A stretch of DNA of 64,000 nucleotides, from assembly GCA_965153285.1 (NCBI GenBank), contig OZ229112.1; one strand, 5' to 3'. This stretch comes from Podarcis tiliguerta (lineage: Eukaryota). A program made the translations under genes and the position numbers. Below are positions 24,311-37,300 of the stretch, piece by piece. A model generated the notes under the pieces. That model did not search any database. It was not told where the DNA came from and worked only from the letters and a program-made list of their open reading frames with translations. Every line of letters begins with the position of its first letter. Within the stretch, counting starts at the first letter, position 1.

Positions 24311-25030
24311 ACGCCTATCCTCTTGTGGCAGTACCAGTTTGTGCAACTGGCTCTGTCATGCAATCCCAGCTGGTTGCAAGCATTGCATTATGCAACAGTG
24401 GCTTTTTGATCCCTATACCAACATGTCATGCTAAATTTTAAATGGTGGGAAATAACTGTGTGCCAAAATAGTGTCCCAAGTTTCAGCACATGGAATTGCA
24501 ATGCAAAATTTCTACAATTTCCCAAGTTAATGGGTTTGCAAAGGGACTTTTTTTTTTGGAAATAATTAAAACAGAAATGAATGCTAGCCTTTCACTAGAT
24601 TCCACTAGATTTCCGGAAGTGGCTTTTACACTGTGTAAGACTTCACATAAAACACAGAAATGCTCAGGTAAAGAGACATCAGGATAACAGAATAAAGTGC
24701 TGTCTGGATGCAGCCTAAGTCTACAAATTATGAGTACAGCCACAAGGCAGAAGTAGTTTAGGATCAGAGTTTCCTTCTCCTAGATGGGCTACTTTCCCCG
24801 TCATGGTACATAATGATTGCATAGTGTGTGAATTTGGGGAATGCATGCTAGAGCATATTGCTGGTTCCAGTTTTTTGCTGATTCTTGAGCAAAATACTCT
24901 CAACAGCCACCTCCCTGAGTTTGCCCCTTTTCCTTCCTACTATTGCCATGCCCTCTTTGCTTGCCTCCCACTCTGGGCCCATTCAGCACCAGCAATTGGA
25001 GCTAGAGGAGAAGGCATGCAAAACCTACTA

Positions 25031-25259
25031 TAGTGGTACGCTTCAGGTTACATACACTTCAGGTTACTGACTCCGCTAACCCACAAATAGTACCTCTGGT
25101 TAAGAACTTTGCTTCAGGATGAGAACAGAAATCGTGCTCCGGCGGCGCGGCAGGAGCAGGAGGCCCCGATTAGCTAAAGTGGTGCTTCAGGTTAAGAACA
25201 GTTTCAGGTTACGAACAGACCTCCGGAACGAATTAAGTACTTAACCCAAGGTACCACTG
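25031..25259 (+). mobile_element. Tc1/mariner (Tigger-like) MITE
   Basis: TIRs TAGTGGTAC...GGTACCACTG flanked by TA on both sides. Internal TTCAGGTTA repeats. Same family as 57764-57989. Confidence 0.88.
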
Positions 25260-26679
25260 TACTCCTTCTCCTTACTGCCTTTTCGGAGAGGGCAGCTGAA
25301 CAAGAAGCAATAGCAAGGAGGATGAGGAGCAGAGGAGGCCCTGGAAATGGGCAGCACAGACCACAGCAGATGCCCAGCAACACGAACTCTGGCACCAGTC
25401 CCACTACAAATGTGGAATTGCATAACTCTTACTACTACCAGGAGCTATGCTGCTGCTTAGCATTGTACTTAGCCTCCTCCAGGGTTACACTGGGGGCAAG
25501 ATCATAGGATGCATCATCTTTTGTGAACCTCAAGAAATTGGGGGTGAGCAATCTCTTTGTACCTTCAGTTCAACAGCTTGCTTGTGGAGAAAGGCAACAA
25601 CGCCAAGAGAGTTGTGGCTGCCTGCTTTTCCGCTGTTCCAAAGTCACCGCTGGCCACATCGTCCTCTTCTTTTCCCCTGCTGACTCCCAGTGCCTTAGAG
25701 CAGGTGAGAACACCAGAATCAATCTGTAATTATAAGAAAATTTACACTTTCCCCAGGAGTTAATATACTTTATTCTAGGCAGTTTTATGGGAGGCAGCAA
25801 AGCTTATCCTGAAGCTGATGGTCATAACAATGAAATAATAGTATAATTTTTCCTGCTCGAAATATGGCTTTTAAGAAAATTACATTAAGAGAAAGAGCTG
25901 CTCTAGGACCTCATAAGGAAGGTACTTAAAGAGCCATTATCTGCGGAATTCTGGGGAAGTGTCAGGTTCATTTACTATTTGAACTGTATAAAATTCCAAA
26001 ATATCTTTCTTTTGAGCTATTGCCCACCCTCTTCCACATGGGGTTAGTGAAACATTATTTCATTTTCACTGTTCTTAGGAGACATATTTTGTTTGGGAGA
26101 TGGCAGCTTCAGAACGCAGACTGCTATAGGCTCATTCAGGCAGAGTGCCTTGGCATCACTGGAGTTAAAGCACTTTCCATAAATGCATCCTGGCATCTAC
26201 ATAAATAAACACATTAGTTTTCCAAAGGCTTCTGTTTTCATCACAAAGGGAAAACTTCACATTCAAATGAATATATATATATGCACTATTATAAGCATAA
26301 TTAGAGTGCACAGTGCAATTAGAATTTGAAAATTTTGCTCCCATAGCTGTGTGCCCAACTAAGCAGCCAATTTCACATGGAAAATACCGGCATGATGAGT
26401 CTTTAAAAAATAATAATAATAGTTCATAATGAGGTAAACCAAGAGGTTCGGGACTTGAAATTCAAAATGACTGAAAATCAGCTAGGTGGTGTATATTGCA
26501 TTTCAATTTCCGTGGCCTTAGCAGGACAAGGAAGGGAAGCTCCAGACACACAGGCACACCAGATTAGTCACTGTCCCAAGGGAATTTCTAATCCCACCTA
26601 TAGCATTTTCATAAAATGTGTACCATATTAAGCTCATCCATTTCGCCAAGGTGCTGAGTAAGTAGAACAGGGTGCTGTG

Positions 26680-26692
26680 GTTGCTTAGCAAC
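26680..26692. promoter_or_regulatory. Palindromic RFX X-box motif
   Basis: GTTGCTTAGCAAC, with both half-sites perfect. Function not demonstrated. Confidence 0.35.
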
Positions 26693-27272
26693 ATGCTTTT
26701 CCTTCTTCCTTAACATAGGGGGGTGTCTGAGGTGGGGCTGCTTATTTGAAACTGACATTAGCAACTCTGAGAGCACCCAGCATCTGGTTGCTTGGGATCC
26801 CTTGAAGAATTAGTGCTGTATTGGCAAGCATCTTCTACAAATACATATTGATCTCTTCTTCAGCTGGCCTCTTTTGAGTGAGCAAAATATACCTATATTG
26901 TCCATGCTATTTGTCTCTTGCACGGAAGCAAGCACCACCCTATCTCTGAAATATGTTGCCTCAATTCACTGAGTTACCAGCACCAGCTAAGTCAAGCGGG
27001 TCCTTCCATTGTCTTCTACAGTGCTAAATGTCATACCTACAGGTATTTGCTGATGAGAGGTGGAAGTGTTTATGTGAAAGCTGTTTTCCGTGTTGGAGTG
27101 AATTTTCAGTTTGAATTTCACACAAGTGGCTTTATGCTTGAAAACTGGGCAAGATGTTGAAAACTTTACTATGTCGAAGACAACTGTGTAATTAAGTTGG
27201 ATTATTGGATTTTGGCCTAGCAAATGATCACAAATGTCTTTACAATATTGATATTGCTAGATGCTGAGACAT

Positions 27273-27477
27273 GGGCACCATCTGCACTAGACATCAAAAG
27301 TAGCTTCATATCACTTTAAATAGTTGCGGCTTCCTCCAAAGAATCCTGGGAACTGTAGTTTATTAAGGATGCTGGGAGTTCTCAGAAGAACCCCAATTCC
27401 CTCACAGAACTACAGTTCCTAGAGTGGTTTAACAATGAATTACTCTTCTCAGAGAACTCTGGAAATTATAGTTCTAC
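27273..27477. mobile_element. Harbinger-like MITE, truncated
   Basis: GGGCACCATCTGCACT...CAAAGAATCCTGGGAACTGTAGTTT...AACTACAGTTCC. Confidence 0.7.
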
Positions 27478-27486
27478 ACCACCTTG

Positions 27487-27950
27487 CCCTAGATGGTTTT
27501 GGCCCAAGCTACTTGAAGAATGGTGTGCTGTCATGTCAACCTGCCCATTCCACGAGATCAACATCAGAAGTTTGGCTTAGATGTCCACCTGTTAAGATTG
27601 CTGACCACCTGTAATAAAGTCCTCTCCGCTGTGGCACCTCTCTTGTGGAACTCTGTCCCTTTCAGAGTGTGGCAGGCCTCATCTCTTGCAATGTTTAAAA
27701 GGGCATGGAAGACCCAGCTCCTCTCAGTGGCTTTTAGTGGGTAACATATCTGTAGAAACTGATTTTGTGTGGCTCTGGGTTTTGATGTTGCTTTGCTGTT
27801 TTATTCATTTGATTAATTTATGGAATAAAAGTTTCCTCTCCATCTGTCTTTTATGTATCATAATGCTTGTTAAAAAATTAAACAGAGTGTAAGCTGCTTT
27901 GTAAAGAAGATTTCTGAAAAAGTAGGCATAAGTTTATTAAATAAATAAAC
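27487..27950 (+). mobile_element. L2 LINE 3' end (ORF2 C-terminus and 3'UTR)
   Basis: VLSAVAPLLWNSVPFRVWQASSLAMFKRAWKTQLL matches L2 AFSVAAPxLWNSLP...SLxxFKxxLKTxLF. T-rich UTR and TAAA tail. Confidence 0.88.
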
Positions 27951-30399
27951 GAACAGTGGGAGAAGGCTTTTGTCCTGTTTGTTGGCTACTGTGGGCATCA
28001 GATGCTGTATTTGGACTGACCCCCCACGGGGCTCTTTTTACAATCTTTGGGATGTTTCAACATAAAGAAAGTTACCTTGATTCAGAGAACTGGGATTCAT
28101 GACCTTCCTATTGATTTTATGGTTCTAATGTAAGCCATCTATCTTTGAGAAAGTAACATCTTATTTCATTAAGGGAAGGTATAACTGCATCATCTTTTAA
28201 GACAAGTCTTCTGGTTACGACCCATACTTAGTTTCATCTGTGTTTGCATTCAAAGCAGTAAAATCTGAAACAAAAACACATAGGAAAAATGCTCTGGAAA
28301 ACTTTTTTTTTTAACACCTTTAAATCTGACTTCATCATCTGAGACAGCAGTAAACACATTTTTTATGGAAGGTTTTCGAAGGCTATGAAAGAGAAGGACA
28401 TAAAGTGCCCTAATAGATTTTGAGCAGAAATCCAACCTTTATTGGGGAACTTTAGTGTCCTCAATAACGACTTGTCATTTGTCTCATTAAGCTTGCCTAG
28501 AGATTTGTTCTCCTGGACAACATCTGCGGCCTTCTGGTTCATGGAAAGTGGGAAAAAGTTACATGACTTGTCATGCCAATGCGGTTGAGTGAATCAGTAA
28601 TATTCTAAACTGCATTTCACAGGCCAGTGGCCTACAGCAGGCATCACTGACATGGCATTAACAGGCACACATGAGAATACAGAGACCTCCCTGCTGCCCC
28701 CATGTCCTCTCCTCACCACACCCTCCAGATGAACTTCAAAGTGAAAGCAGTATTCAGCTGTAGCCCGTGGAACAGGCTGCAGTGTGTGCTTCATTGTGAG
28801 GGGTGTGTGGTGCCCGCAACAGTTTCTCTGGTTTTCCTATGTGCGCACAGGGCCCAAAAGATTAACCTTGTCCGACAAAAGTCACTTCCAAAATGGAAGC
28901 ATGCCACGTCACCTATGCTCTGCATAGTGCCTAGAGCATGGCAGTGTTCCACAGCAGTCCCTTTCACAAAGCCTGAATGCATATCAGAGTTAAGGCAAGA
29001 CAACTTCTTGAGGAACCGAAAGAGCAAAGACGTCCTTATTGCAAATTTAGTACTCCATTTAGGTGAAGAATATTGAAGCATAATGCAGTGCACAAGACAT
29101 AATGTGCCATATGGTATAGTGCAGCCTTGAAGAATTCCCATATGCTCACTCTCCTCGTCCTAACAAAGGCATCCCATGTGTTTGCAATAAGCTGGAATTA
29201 ACTTTTTAAGTTCTTCCCATCCTCTTTTTCTTTTCTTTTCTTTTCTTTTTAAAGAAGCCTCAGAAATCAAAATAAGATGAGAGAGAAAATGAATACAATA
29301 ATGGATGAACTTTAAAGAAATAAATTTCAAGTCGTTTGAATCTATAATTTCACACCAGGATAGGTTTGTTGTATCTGATTCTTTAAAAGGAGGAAAAAGC
29401 CCATCTTCACTTAAATGTACTAACTATTCTATGGTTGGTTAAAAGCCATTTTTGCAGTCGCAGATGGTGTCAGCTGTGATAAGACCTCCTGCAACAGAGA
29501 TCAATAAAGCTTACTTTAATAGCACTTTTTTTCTTACCCGAGAACCTCCAAAATTATTTTGCGCCACAATGATCGCTATTGGGTGGGAAATAAAAGGAAG
29601 CTGAAATCTATCAAAGTTTTCTTAGCAAGGAGGATTAGTTCAGAACGACACAGCATGATAGCTAAAGTTCTCTATCAGCACAAGACTGGTGTGCAGAAAA
29701 AGACTGTGATAGTGTTGTGGGTTGTTTTTTTTTTCCTTTTTCATTTCAGGGGCAAGAGACCTTGATTCTTTTAATGAAGAAACAAAGGAACAAAAAAATA
29801 GATACACACTGTTTTCAAGAGCCCATGGGCATTCAGTTCAGAAGGAACCAATAATTTAACAAAAGTTTTCTCCTTGGGAGCCTTACAGCTGAATAGTAAG
29901 GCTAGAAATTCATCCTGCTTTTTTTCAAATAAAAAGAGCAATGTTTTAAAGGGCATGAGTCTAAAGGTACATACTAAAGGTATGAGTGGTACTTTTGACT
30001 TAAGTGAGCCAGGAGTACACACTCATTGCGAGGACATGCAAAGAAGCCAGAACCAAAGGACAAGCCAGGAAGCAGGTGTAAGGAGTAAGCCACAAGTCAG
30101 GGTCAAAAAATAACCAATGAAGTGCCCTGAGACAGTGGCCTCACCCTGCCTAATGGCTGAGACGGCTCTGTTCCTACCCACTAGCTCTGACCTGCAGAAC
30201 TGCATTTTTGTATGGCCACAGCAAACATGGAATAATATAAAATGCCATGGTTAGAAGTAGATGTTTCAGAACAGAGTATTAATTTCATAAGGTGATCAAA
30301 TCTCTGTAATACTATCCCAGGTTGTTTTTCCAGCAGCACAGGGGAAGTTCTAAATCACCTGTTGTATGTACAGTGCAAATGTGTATAAGAGCTCCAATT

Positions 30400-30545
30400 C
30401 TGAAAATGGGTGTTTAGTGAGGATGCTAAGAATTAACAGCATTCCCAAGTTGCCTTCGCAGAACTACAGTTCCCAGGTTTCCCAGAGCAGAGGAAGTAAT
30501 TGTTAAAGCAGTTTGCCAGGTGCAGCTATGGCAGCTGTATAGCAA
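30400..30545. mobile_element. Harbinger-like MITE fragment
   Basis: GGATGCTAAGAATT...AGAACTACAGTTCCCAGG core, as at 27273. Confidence 0.5.
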
Positions 30546-31308
30546 ATGTGAAGGGGGAAATAACATTTGTTTTCATTTTTTAAGTCATAGTTCTCTTTCG
30601 TAAGGATCTGTTATTGGCCACAATCCAGTGATAACACTTTCTGAGCAAGCACTTGCACAAGAGATGCTGCTTCATACACACCTCCCATTCATTTCAATGG
30701 GACCTTCATGAGAGAAGGTCCTGGTGAAATGTGTCCTTTAATTATTTTTGCATTTTGGAAGCAGATGGTCCGGCTCAAGACACCATGCTTCCCCCTAAGG
30801 AAATCTTCTGAACTTTCCATTATTTCCACTAGCATACAGTACAAATTAAAACCCTAAAAGCCAAAAGCATCGGACAGAAGAGACGTTGTCTAGGAGATTC
30901 TGAACATATTAAATGCCACTTATAAAAAGCAAAGCTATGTTCAAATGTCCATTTACCTCCTGCTGCTTAACCATATTAAAGATTAAAGGCAATCATTTTG
31001 CAACCTGAAAACTTCATAGTACCATCTTGAGAAGAGCGTGTCAGCATTCTAGATACGGTAGCTACAAAATCGTTGTTGCTGTGGATTGCTAACTTGCGTC
31101 ATTTACCTAAACTGAGTGATTGCCGCTGTAACACAGTGAAAGAGAAAGACCTCTAGACAGATGTGGGGAGCCATTTTCAATCTGAAGACTACTTTCCCTT
31201 GAGGACAACTTTCCTGCAACCACCAGTGGTGGGTGGGGGCCAGGGGTAAAAGAGAGAGGAGCAACGAATATGATTCTTTTTACATTCCACCCAAGTTAGA
31301 GGTTTACA

Positions 31309-31309
<1 letters not shown>

Positions 31310-31339
<30 letters not shown>
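31310..31339. repeat. (AC)15 microsatellite
   Basis: Direct read. Confidence 0.95.
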
Positions 31340-31341
<2 letters not shown>

Positions 31342-32299
31342 TTCAGCATCCTCCATCAAGGCACATTCACAACTCAAGGACATAATGCCAGCCAGGCCAG
31401 AGTTCTTAAGTTAAGAGTTCTTAAGGAGGGTGCTAAGGAAGGCTGGTCTGGGGAAAGGAAGTGTGACTAGGGAAGTGGGGCGTGGCCTGGGAAAAGTACC
31501 GAGGACTGGATAGAAAGTCCTAGAGGGGTGCATCCAGCCCCACCCCACCCCAAGGTTTCCCACCCTCTGCTTTAGTTTGGGGTCTTTGCTTTGGCTCTGC
31601 ATCCTTTTGACTCATTTATAAAATTGAGTCTCTCTGCCTTAAAATGCCTAAGTCTTTGGGGAACTTTAGAATGATGAAGAGGGAATATCTTTAGAGCTTT
31701 TGTGTGTTTCAGAGCTTGCATTTACATGCTTTCAATAACCTTTGGAATACACTTAGTGGCTGAGAAAGATACAGTGAAACTGGGGACATATTCATTCTAG
31801 TAATTGAGAAAGCTTATTCCAATGGAAGTGAATAAATGCATAGCACTCTTTGCCATTTATTGGAATATTCCTCCAAATGTTTCTTCTTAAAATATGTGCA
31901 TAGACCATGGGTTATCTCTTTCTGATAAAACTCCTTTAGATTATTCTATGAAGAATTTAAAAACTTTTCTTCGTCATTTCAATATTCTACCTACTTAAAG
32001 GACATCTTCTGCTCAAAATCTTTTTTTTTTTTTTTAAAGGAGAAGGTTGCATTTTATTTTGATATATTGAACTGGTAAATACAAATTACTATCTGTCAGG
32101 GCAATACGAACAGGCTCACAGAATATATTTGTTTTTGTAGTCATTTTAGTTACAGATGACTACAAAATAACCTTGCCTAAAGATGAAAAGCTGTGCTTTT
32201 CAGACTAAGCTTTCACTTTGGAGTATGTATTGAACCACATTTCACCCAGTCTCTGTTGGGTTTTTCTTTTTTAAAAATGCATTCAAAATTTTCTAGATA

Positions 32300-32354
32300 C
32301 AGTGGTACCTCGGTTTACGAACTTAATCCGTTCCAGAAGTCCGTTCTTAAACCG
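32300..32354. mobile_element. Solo terminal fragment of Tc1/mariner MITE
   Basis: TA+CAGTGGTACCTCGGTTTACGAACTTAATCCGTTCCAGAAGTCCGTTCTTAAACC, homologous to the left end of 57764. No matching second end nearby. Confidence 0.8.
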
Positions 32355-33420
32355 GGGCCCTCTGAGGGAATATTGAATAAAAATATTTCCACCCTTTCCA
32401 AATCTTAGCTTTCCTGTTAAGCCTGTACTGCTGTCTACCACATGATGCACAAGTATGTGGGGTCACGGATGGCAACTTCTAGACTGTAACATTATCGTAC
32501 AGAAATTAAATCAGAATACCCCATACAAGTAGAAGGGGGGGGGCATTTAAAATATGAAAAAGCTTGTCTAGGCCACATTTTATGATTTATTAGCATTAAA
32601 GGAAGCTTGGCAGAAACGTTTGACACAGCATATCAGGCCAATTTTTGCCACCTCCTCAAACATCCATCTTTAGGACAATTAATTGCAAATTTGCTGTGCT
32701 GATAGATGTACACATCATAGTTGCCAGATGTTTTTAGGCTCCATGTAATTGTTGTGTCCCCTTACACCCCTTAGCTCTTCTCGCAGCAATTGTTCTACAT
32801 GTATTGCCAGTCACCCTCTGTGGTCATTTGCACAAATGATGCTGTAATATTTGCATTTCTCATGTCTGCAATTTAAATTCTAAAAGCTGCCTTGCACATT
32901 CAACTGGGTCTTTTAAGCTTCTCTACAACACTAACAGCATCAGTAAAGTAACAGATTTCAATTTAACATATTCCTGCTATCACCTATGAAATGCTCGATG
33001 CAGTCAGTTTCACCATGTTCAGGAAACTATCTACTGATGTGCATGGCCAGGTCACTAAATGGATGCTACTTTACATTCTTCTACACCAAATAATCCAGGT
33101 GCTTTTATTTTATTCACAGAAAAGACCAGTAAGTTACAGAAGTGTTTTATTTTTTATTTCTTATTGATTGAGAGGTTTTTAAACCATCCTTTCCATTTCA
33201 TTAGAAATCTCTAAGGTGGGTAACATCAATAAGAATCAAACCAGTAAGCATCATTAGGTGTGGCTGGTACAATTAATTATGATATACAGGAAGAAATATC
33301 ATGTACTATTCTGAACCTATGCGCTGCTACCAGAAATAATGCTTTTGATTCAGCCAAATGATTTATGTTGTACTAACCCAGAACAATAAATCATTCAAAA
33401 TGGCTCAAACTGTTGCTTAA

Positions 33421-33562
33421 GTTAGGAGTAAGGAACCTGTGACTCTAGGTTGTTGTTTTTTTAACTCAAGCTCCCATCAGTCCTAATTAGCATGGCCAAT
33501 GGTCATGGATGATGGGAGTTGTAGTCCAGCAACATTTGGAGAGCCACAGTTTCCCTTCCCAA
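33421..33562. mobile_element. Palindromic hAT MITE, degenerate
   Basis: GGAACCTGTG...CTCCCATCAG...CATGGCCAATGGTCATGGATGATGGGAGTTGTAGTCCAGCAACATTTGGAGAGCCACAGTTTCC. Confidence 0.75.
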
Positions 33563-34414
33563 GATTTAAAGTATAGTTCTATGCCAGGATAGCCAGCTTT
33601 TCAACATTGTAGAACCTGTAACTTTAACTGCTAGCTATAACAGGGATTCTGGCAAAGTGCTATAGAGGTTGAAAAGTCAGACTTGCTAAAATTCTGTTTA
33701 CCTATGAAACAATAGACTATATTTTCTTTTTCATAGTTAAATAGGTATATCCTGTGGTAGTGCCCCATCAATCTTAAACTAATGTAAAATTAATGCAAAT
33801 CAAATTCAGAATGTGAAAACAAAAAATACACAAAAAAATCAAATATCATCAGATTTTGCATTAACACAGTTTTCAACGTGACATCTGAATTTTTAGGGCT
33901 CAAAACTAGAGCCATATTTAGAACTGACAAACAATTTTTCATTATTCAAATGTTTCTGGATGTAATTGAGTGCCAAGGCCCAGTGATTATATTTTTTAAA
34001 TTAATGATGGACGTCCTTGTTTGCAGAAAGGTCTAAAGAAAATGGGTGAATAATTCTGGTTCTAATTATTAGCACTAACCCCCACCTTTGATACTGAAAC
34101 TGCAGTATGGCCTCTGAAGAAAAACTGGGTGTCTCTTTTGATAAGGAACCTTGCATATTTTTCACCAGAATACAGTAGCTTGAATCCAAAGTTAGTTAAC
34201 ATAAGGAGATGGCCAGTCCAAGACACTGGCTTCATGAGTGCCTTCTTTTTAATACATAGCTTTACAAACGAAAGAGTTGAGCAATATACCAAAAGATAAC
34301 TCTGCTTTTGATTCAGAAATTATGCTGCAGGTTCATTATATTAATGCATTAATGCATTCACTCACAGGTTTGGGGATGGAATGTACGGAGTGAAATGAGC
34401 ATGGTTTATTATTA

Positions 34415-34770
34415 CAGTGGTGCCTCGCAAGACGAAAAGAATCCGTTCCGTGAGTCTCTTCGTCTAGCGGTTTTTTCGTCTTGCAAAGCAAGCCCATTAG
34501 CGGATTAGCGGATTAGCGCTATTAGCGGTTTAGCGGCTATTAAAGTCTTAAGGGATTAGCGGATTAGCTGCTAAAAGGCTATTAGCAGCTTAGTGCCTTA
34601 GAAAAAGGGGGTGGGGAGCGGGGGAAAAAAACCCAGGAATCGCAAGACATTTTTGTCTTGCGAAGCAAGCCCATAGCAAATTCGTCCTGCGAAGCACCTC
34701 CAAAACGGAAAACCCTTTCGTCTAGCGGGTTTTCCATCTTGCGAGGCATTCGTCTTGTGGGGCACCACTG
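34415..34770. mobile_element. Young Tc1/mariner MITE, 356 bp
   Basis: TIRs CAGTGGTGCCTCGCAAGACGAA...TTCGTCTTGTGGGGCACCACTG with TA TSD inside a (TTA)n tract. CpG-rich, with an internal ATTAGCGG array. Confidence 0.92.
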
Positions 34771-35080
34771 TATTATTATTTGCACTCACTTTCCTTCAGA
34801 ACCTTTGAACAAAATGGAAGTGAGGAGCCTTCAATGTCAATAAACATGCACTCACTGTGCTATGAGCTCCATGTCAGTATCCTGGAAGCCTTGATGTTTA
34901 TTTGTCAAACAAACATTGGTTTGAGATTCACAAATGTTTAAAAATATTCAAACGTAATTACTCAGAAAACTGTTTAAGAGGAAGTGGGGTTCCCTCCAGA
35001 GCTCCAGGGACTGCATCCTGGTTCATTCTCTATAGTCAGGTTAAAAAGCATTGATGTCTCGCTAACAAAAATATCAATGA

Positions 35081-35467
35081 TCACCAGATGTTTGGAAGTC
35101 AATCCTTGACACTCTAGAAAGGTTCTATGACAGCGAAGGATTTCTGGGAGAAATCTTCACCATTCAACAGCAGCAGCAACAAAAGGATATAGAGACAGAC
35201 ACAGAGATCAAGGTATCATCAAGGTTACTCCTTGCAACTGACAAGAAATATCTCATTAAACAGAAGAAAGAGTTCCCAGGAGCAACAGGCAACCCCAGGG
35301 AGGAAAAGACGAAAAAAGGAAGACAACGCAATGCTTTCCTCAAATGTCAAAGCTCTTCTGAAAAAGAAGATAGAACTGAAGCAGCTGGGACTATTTCAAC
35401 AAACTTTGAAACCAACCTTCAAGATGAATTAGCCTCAAGTAGGAATTATAGTGGCATGTTTGCTTAG
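35081..35467 (+). other. 128-codon stop-free frame: candidate exon or RTE-LINE remnant
   Basis: SPDVWKSILDTLERFYDSEGFLGEIFTIQQQQQQKDIETD...ELASSRNYSGMFA*. Possible acceptor CAG|35088 and weak donor 35438|GTAGGA. Missed by the ORF track because there is no early start codon. Confidence 0.2.
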
Positions 35468-35486
35468 GGAGCTTTAATATTTTTTA

Positions 35487-35613
35487 GCATAGCTAACATG
35501 GTGCTCTTCAGGCGTTGCTGAGTTATTATTTCCATCGGCCTCGGCCAATGTGGCCAGGTACGATGGGAGTTGTAGTCCAACACATATGGAGGCTACTGTA
35601 TGGGCTACCGCTG
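35487..35613. mobile_element. Palindromic hAT MITE, degenerate
   Basis: GCATAGCTAACATGGTGCTCTTCAG...GATGGGAGTTGTAGTCCAACACATATGGAGG...GGCTACCGCTG. Confidence 0.65.
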
Positions 35614-37300
35614 GTGTCCAGAAACTTAGAGCAGGTGATATGGGTTGTATAGCTTTGCTCTATTGGAGAGCACGTCTTCTTTTTTCAGCTGACACCTCCG
35701 AACTTCACTGATCCTACATAATTAGTTTTGAATTAATTTATTAAAACAGTTTGGTAGATATAAGTTTTTAGGAATACAATCAATGACTTTGGTAGAGTTA
35801 TTTTAACAGGATTTTTCTATTTACATATACACACACGACCCTAATTCAACTAAACTGGAGTGATTTTTCTTCTTAAGATATCCAACAGGTGTGCAATTAA
35901 ATGTAGAAGATTCTCTTTCCATTGACAGTTCAAGAATTAAAACAAGAGTTCTGAAGATGAAGAAGAGGCCTCCATCGGTGTTTTTTATCCTCAATTACAC
36001 TTTTTGAAGATGAGTAATGCACCTAAAAGATGCCAGCTGGGGGGTAACTGATTTATTAGATGGTTGATATCTTGATAACCAATCTGCATTCCAGTGATGA
36101 CTTCCATTAAATATTAAAAGGGCCTTCAACATACCTTTTCAAAATAGCCCAGTAATTGCTCAACCAGACACTATTTTCATCTCTTATTCTTCCCAGGTGA
36201 AGCAAAAGAGCTGTAATTGATATTGAACAACCAGTGTCCTAAAGATGGTTTAAATTAGAAGGTTCTGGGTAGAACATATTGATTCTCTGGCATTCCAAAA
36301 ATAGATGGGGGTGAAGGTTATCTATAGAAATAAAGTCCTTATTACTCTACCGGTGCGATGTCCAACTTCTAGAGCAAGTCCACTAAACTTTTGTGGGCCA
36401 AACTCCTTGAAGGCAGAGCTCAGAAAGAGAAAGAGGGACAGAGAAAGGGAGACATCTCAGGCCTGACATCACTGCCATATACAAACACCAATGCCATATA
36501 TGAGCTCCATGTATATTTCAACCCACTCTGGAAATGAATGTAATGAAGAGGAAGCCAAATGTGACTCAAATAAACAAATGTAGGAAAATTCCCATGTATC
36601 CCATGTAAACTATTCCATTGGAAAAATACTGGCCTGTATTTTGTGGTGCAGTAGACCTGTGCATTCACCACATACATGCATTTTTTTCTGCAACAAAATC
36701 CTATAATGTTGCCATGTTTCTGAAGTAACCTTACTCTCTATAGAGTTACACATGGAGATGTGAAACGGGCTCACTAAAGCCCAGAAAAAATAAAACTACT
36801 TATTGTTGCACACTTAGTAGACTATTTAGAAAGCTTCAAGCAAAAGCTTTGCAAACTCCCGCAATTGCTAACCAGTTCAGGCCAGTTACTTAAGTTATTT
36901 GGGGGCATGTAAAACTCACCATGAATTTTTAGATTATTTTCACCACATCAGTGTGGCTGTTGCTGTTGCTGTTATAACTATTTAATTGGAATGTGAGCAA
37001 CTACAGTGAGATATTTTGAGTATCAAGGTAAGCATGGAAAACAGAAGCTCGCTTTGATGTGGTAAGTGGCCTTCAGGTGATCTGCTTCACATTCTGAAAA
37101 CACATATGATGTTGTTGAAGGAACATGATAGCTAGTCCCATCCTCCATGACTGATACAACCACCTGCTATACCCCCTGTCTGTTGTGCATTCAGTAGCTG
37201 TGTGAAGGGGTCATACACATGTGCTAAGCTCCTTCACACAAAGAGGAATCCTGATTCACTCAGGATTCCCCCATATCTGGTGCAGAACTCAAGTATACTT

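Noticed and set aside
28702-29141. Overlapping antisense ORFs of 124 and 116 aa
   Set aside because: No recognisable domain, composition typical of random frames, and no convincing splice signals.
34495-34600. TTAGCGG array as an interstitial telomere or CRISPR-like array
   Set aside because: It is not TTAGGG, has no unique spacers, and lies wholly inside a MITE.
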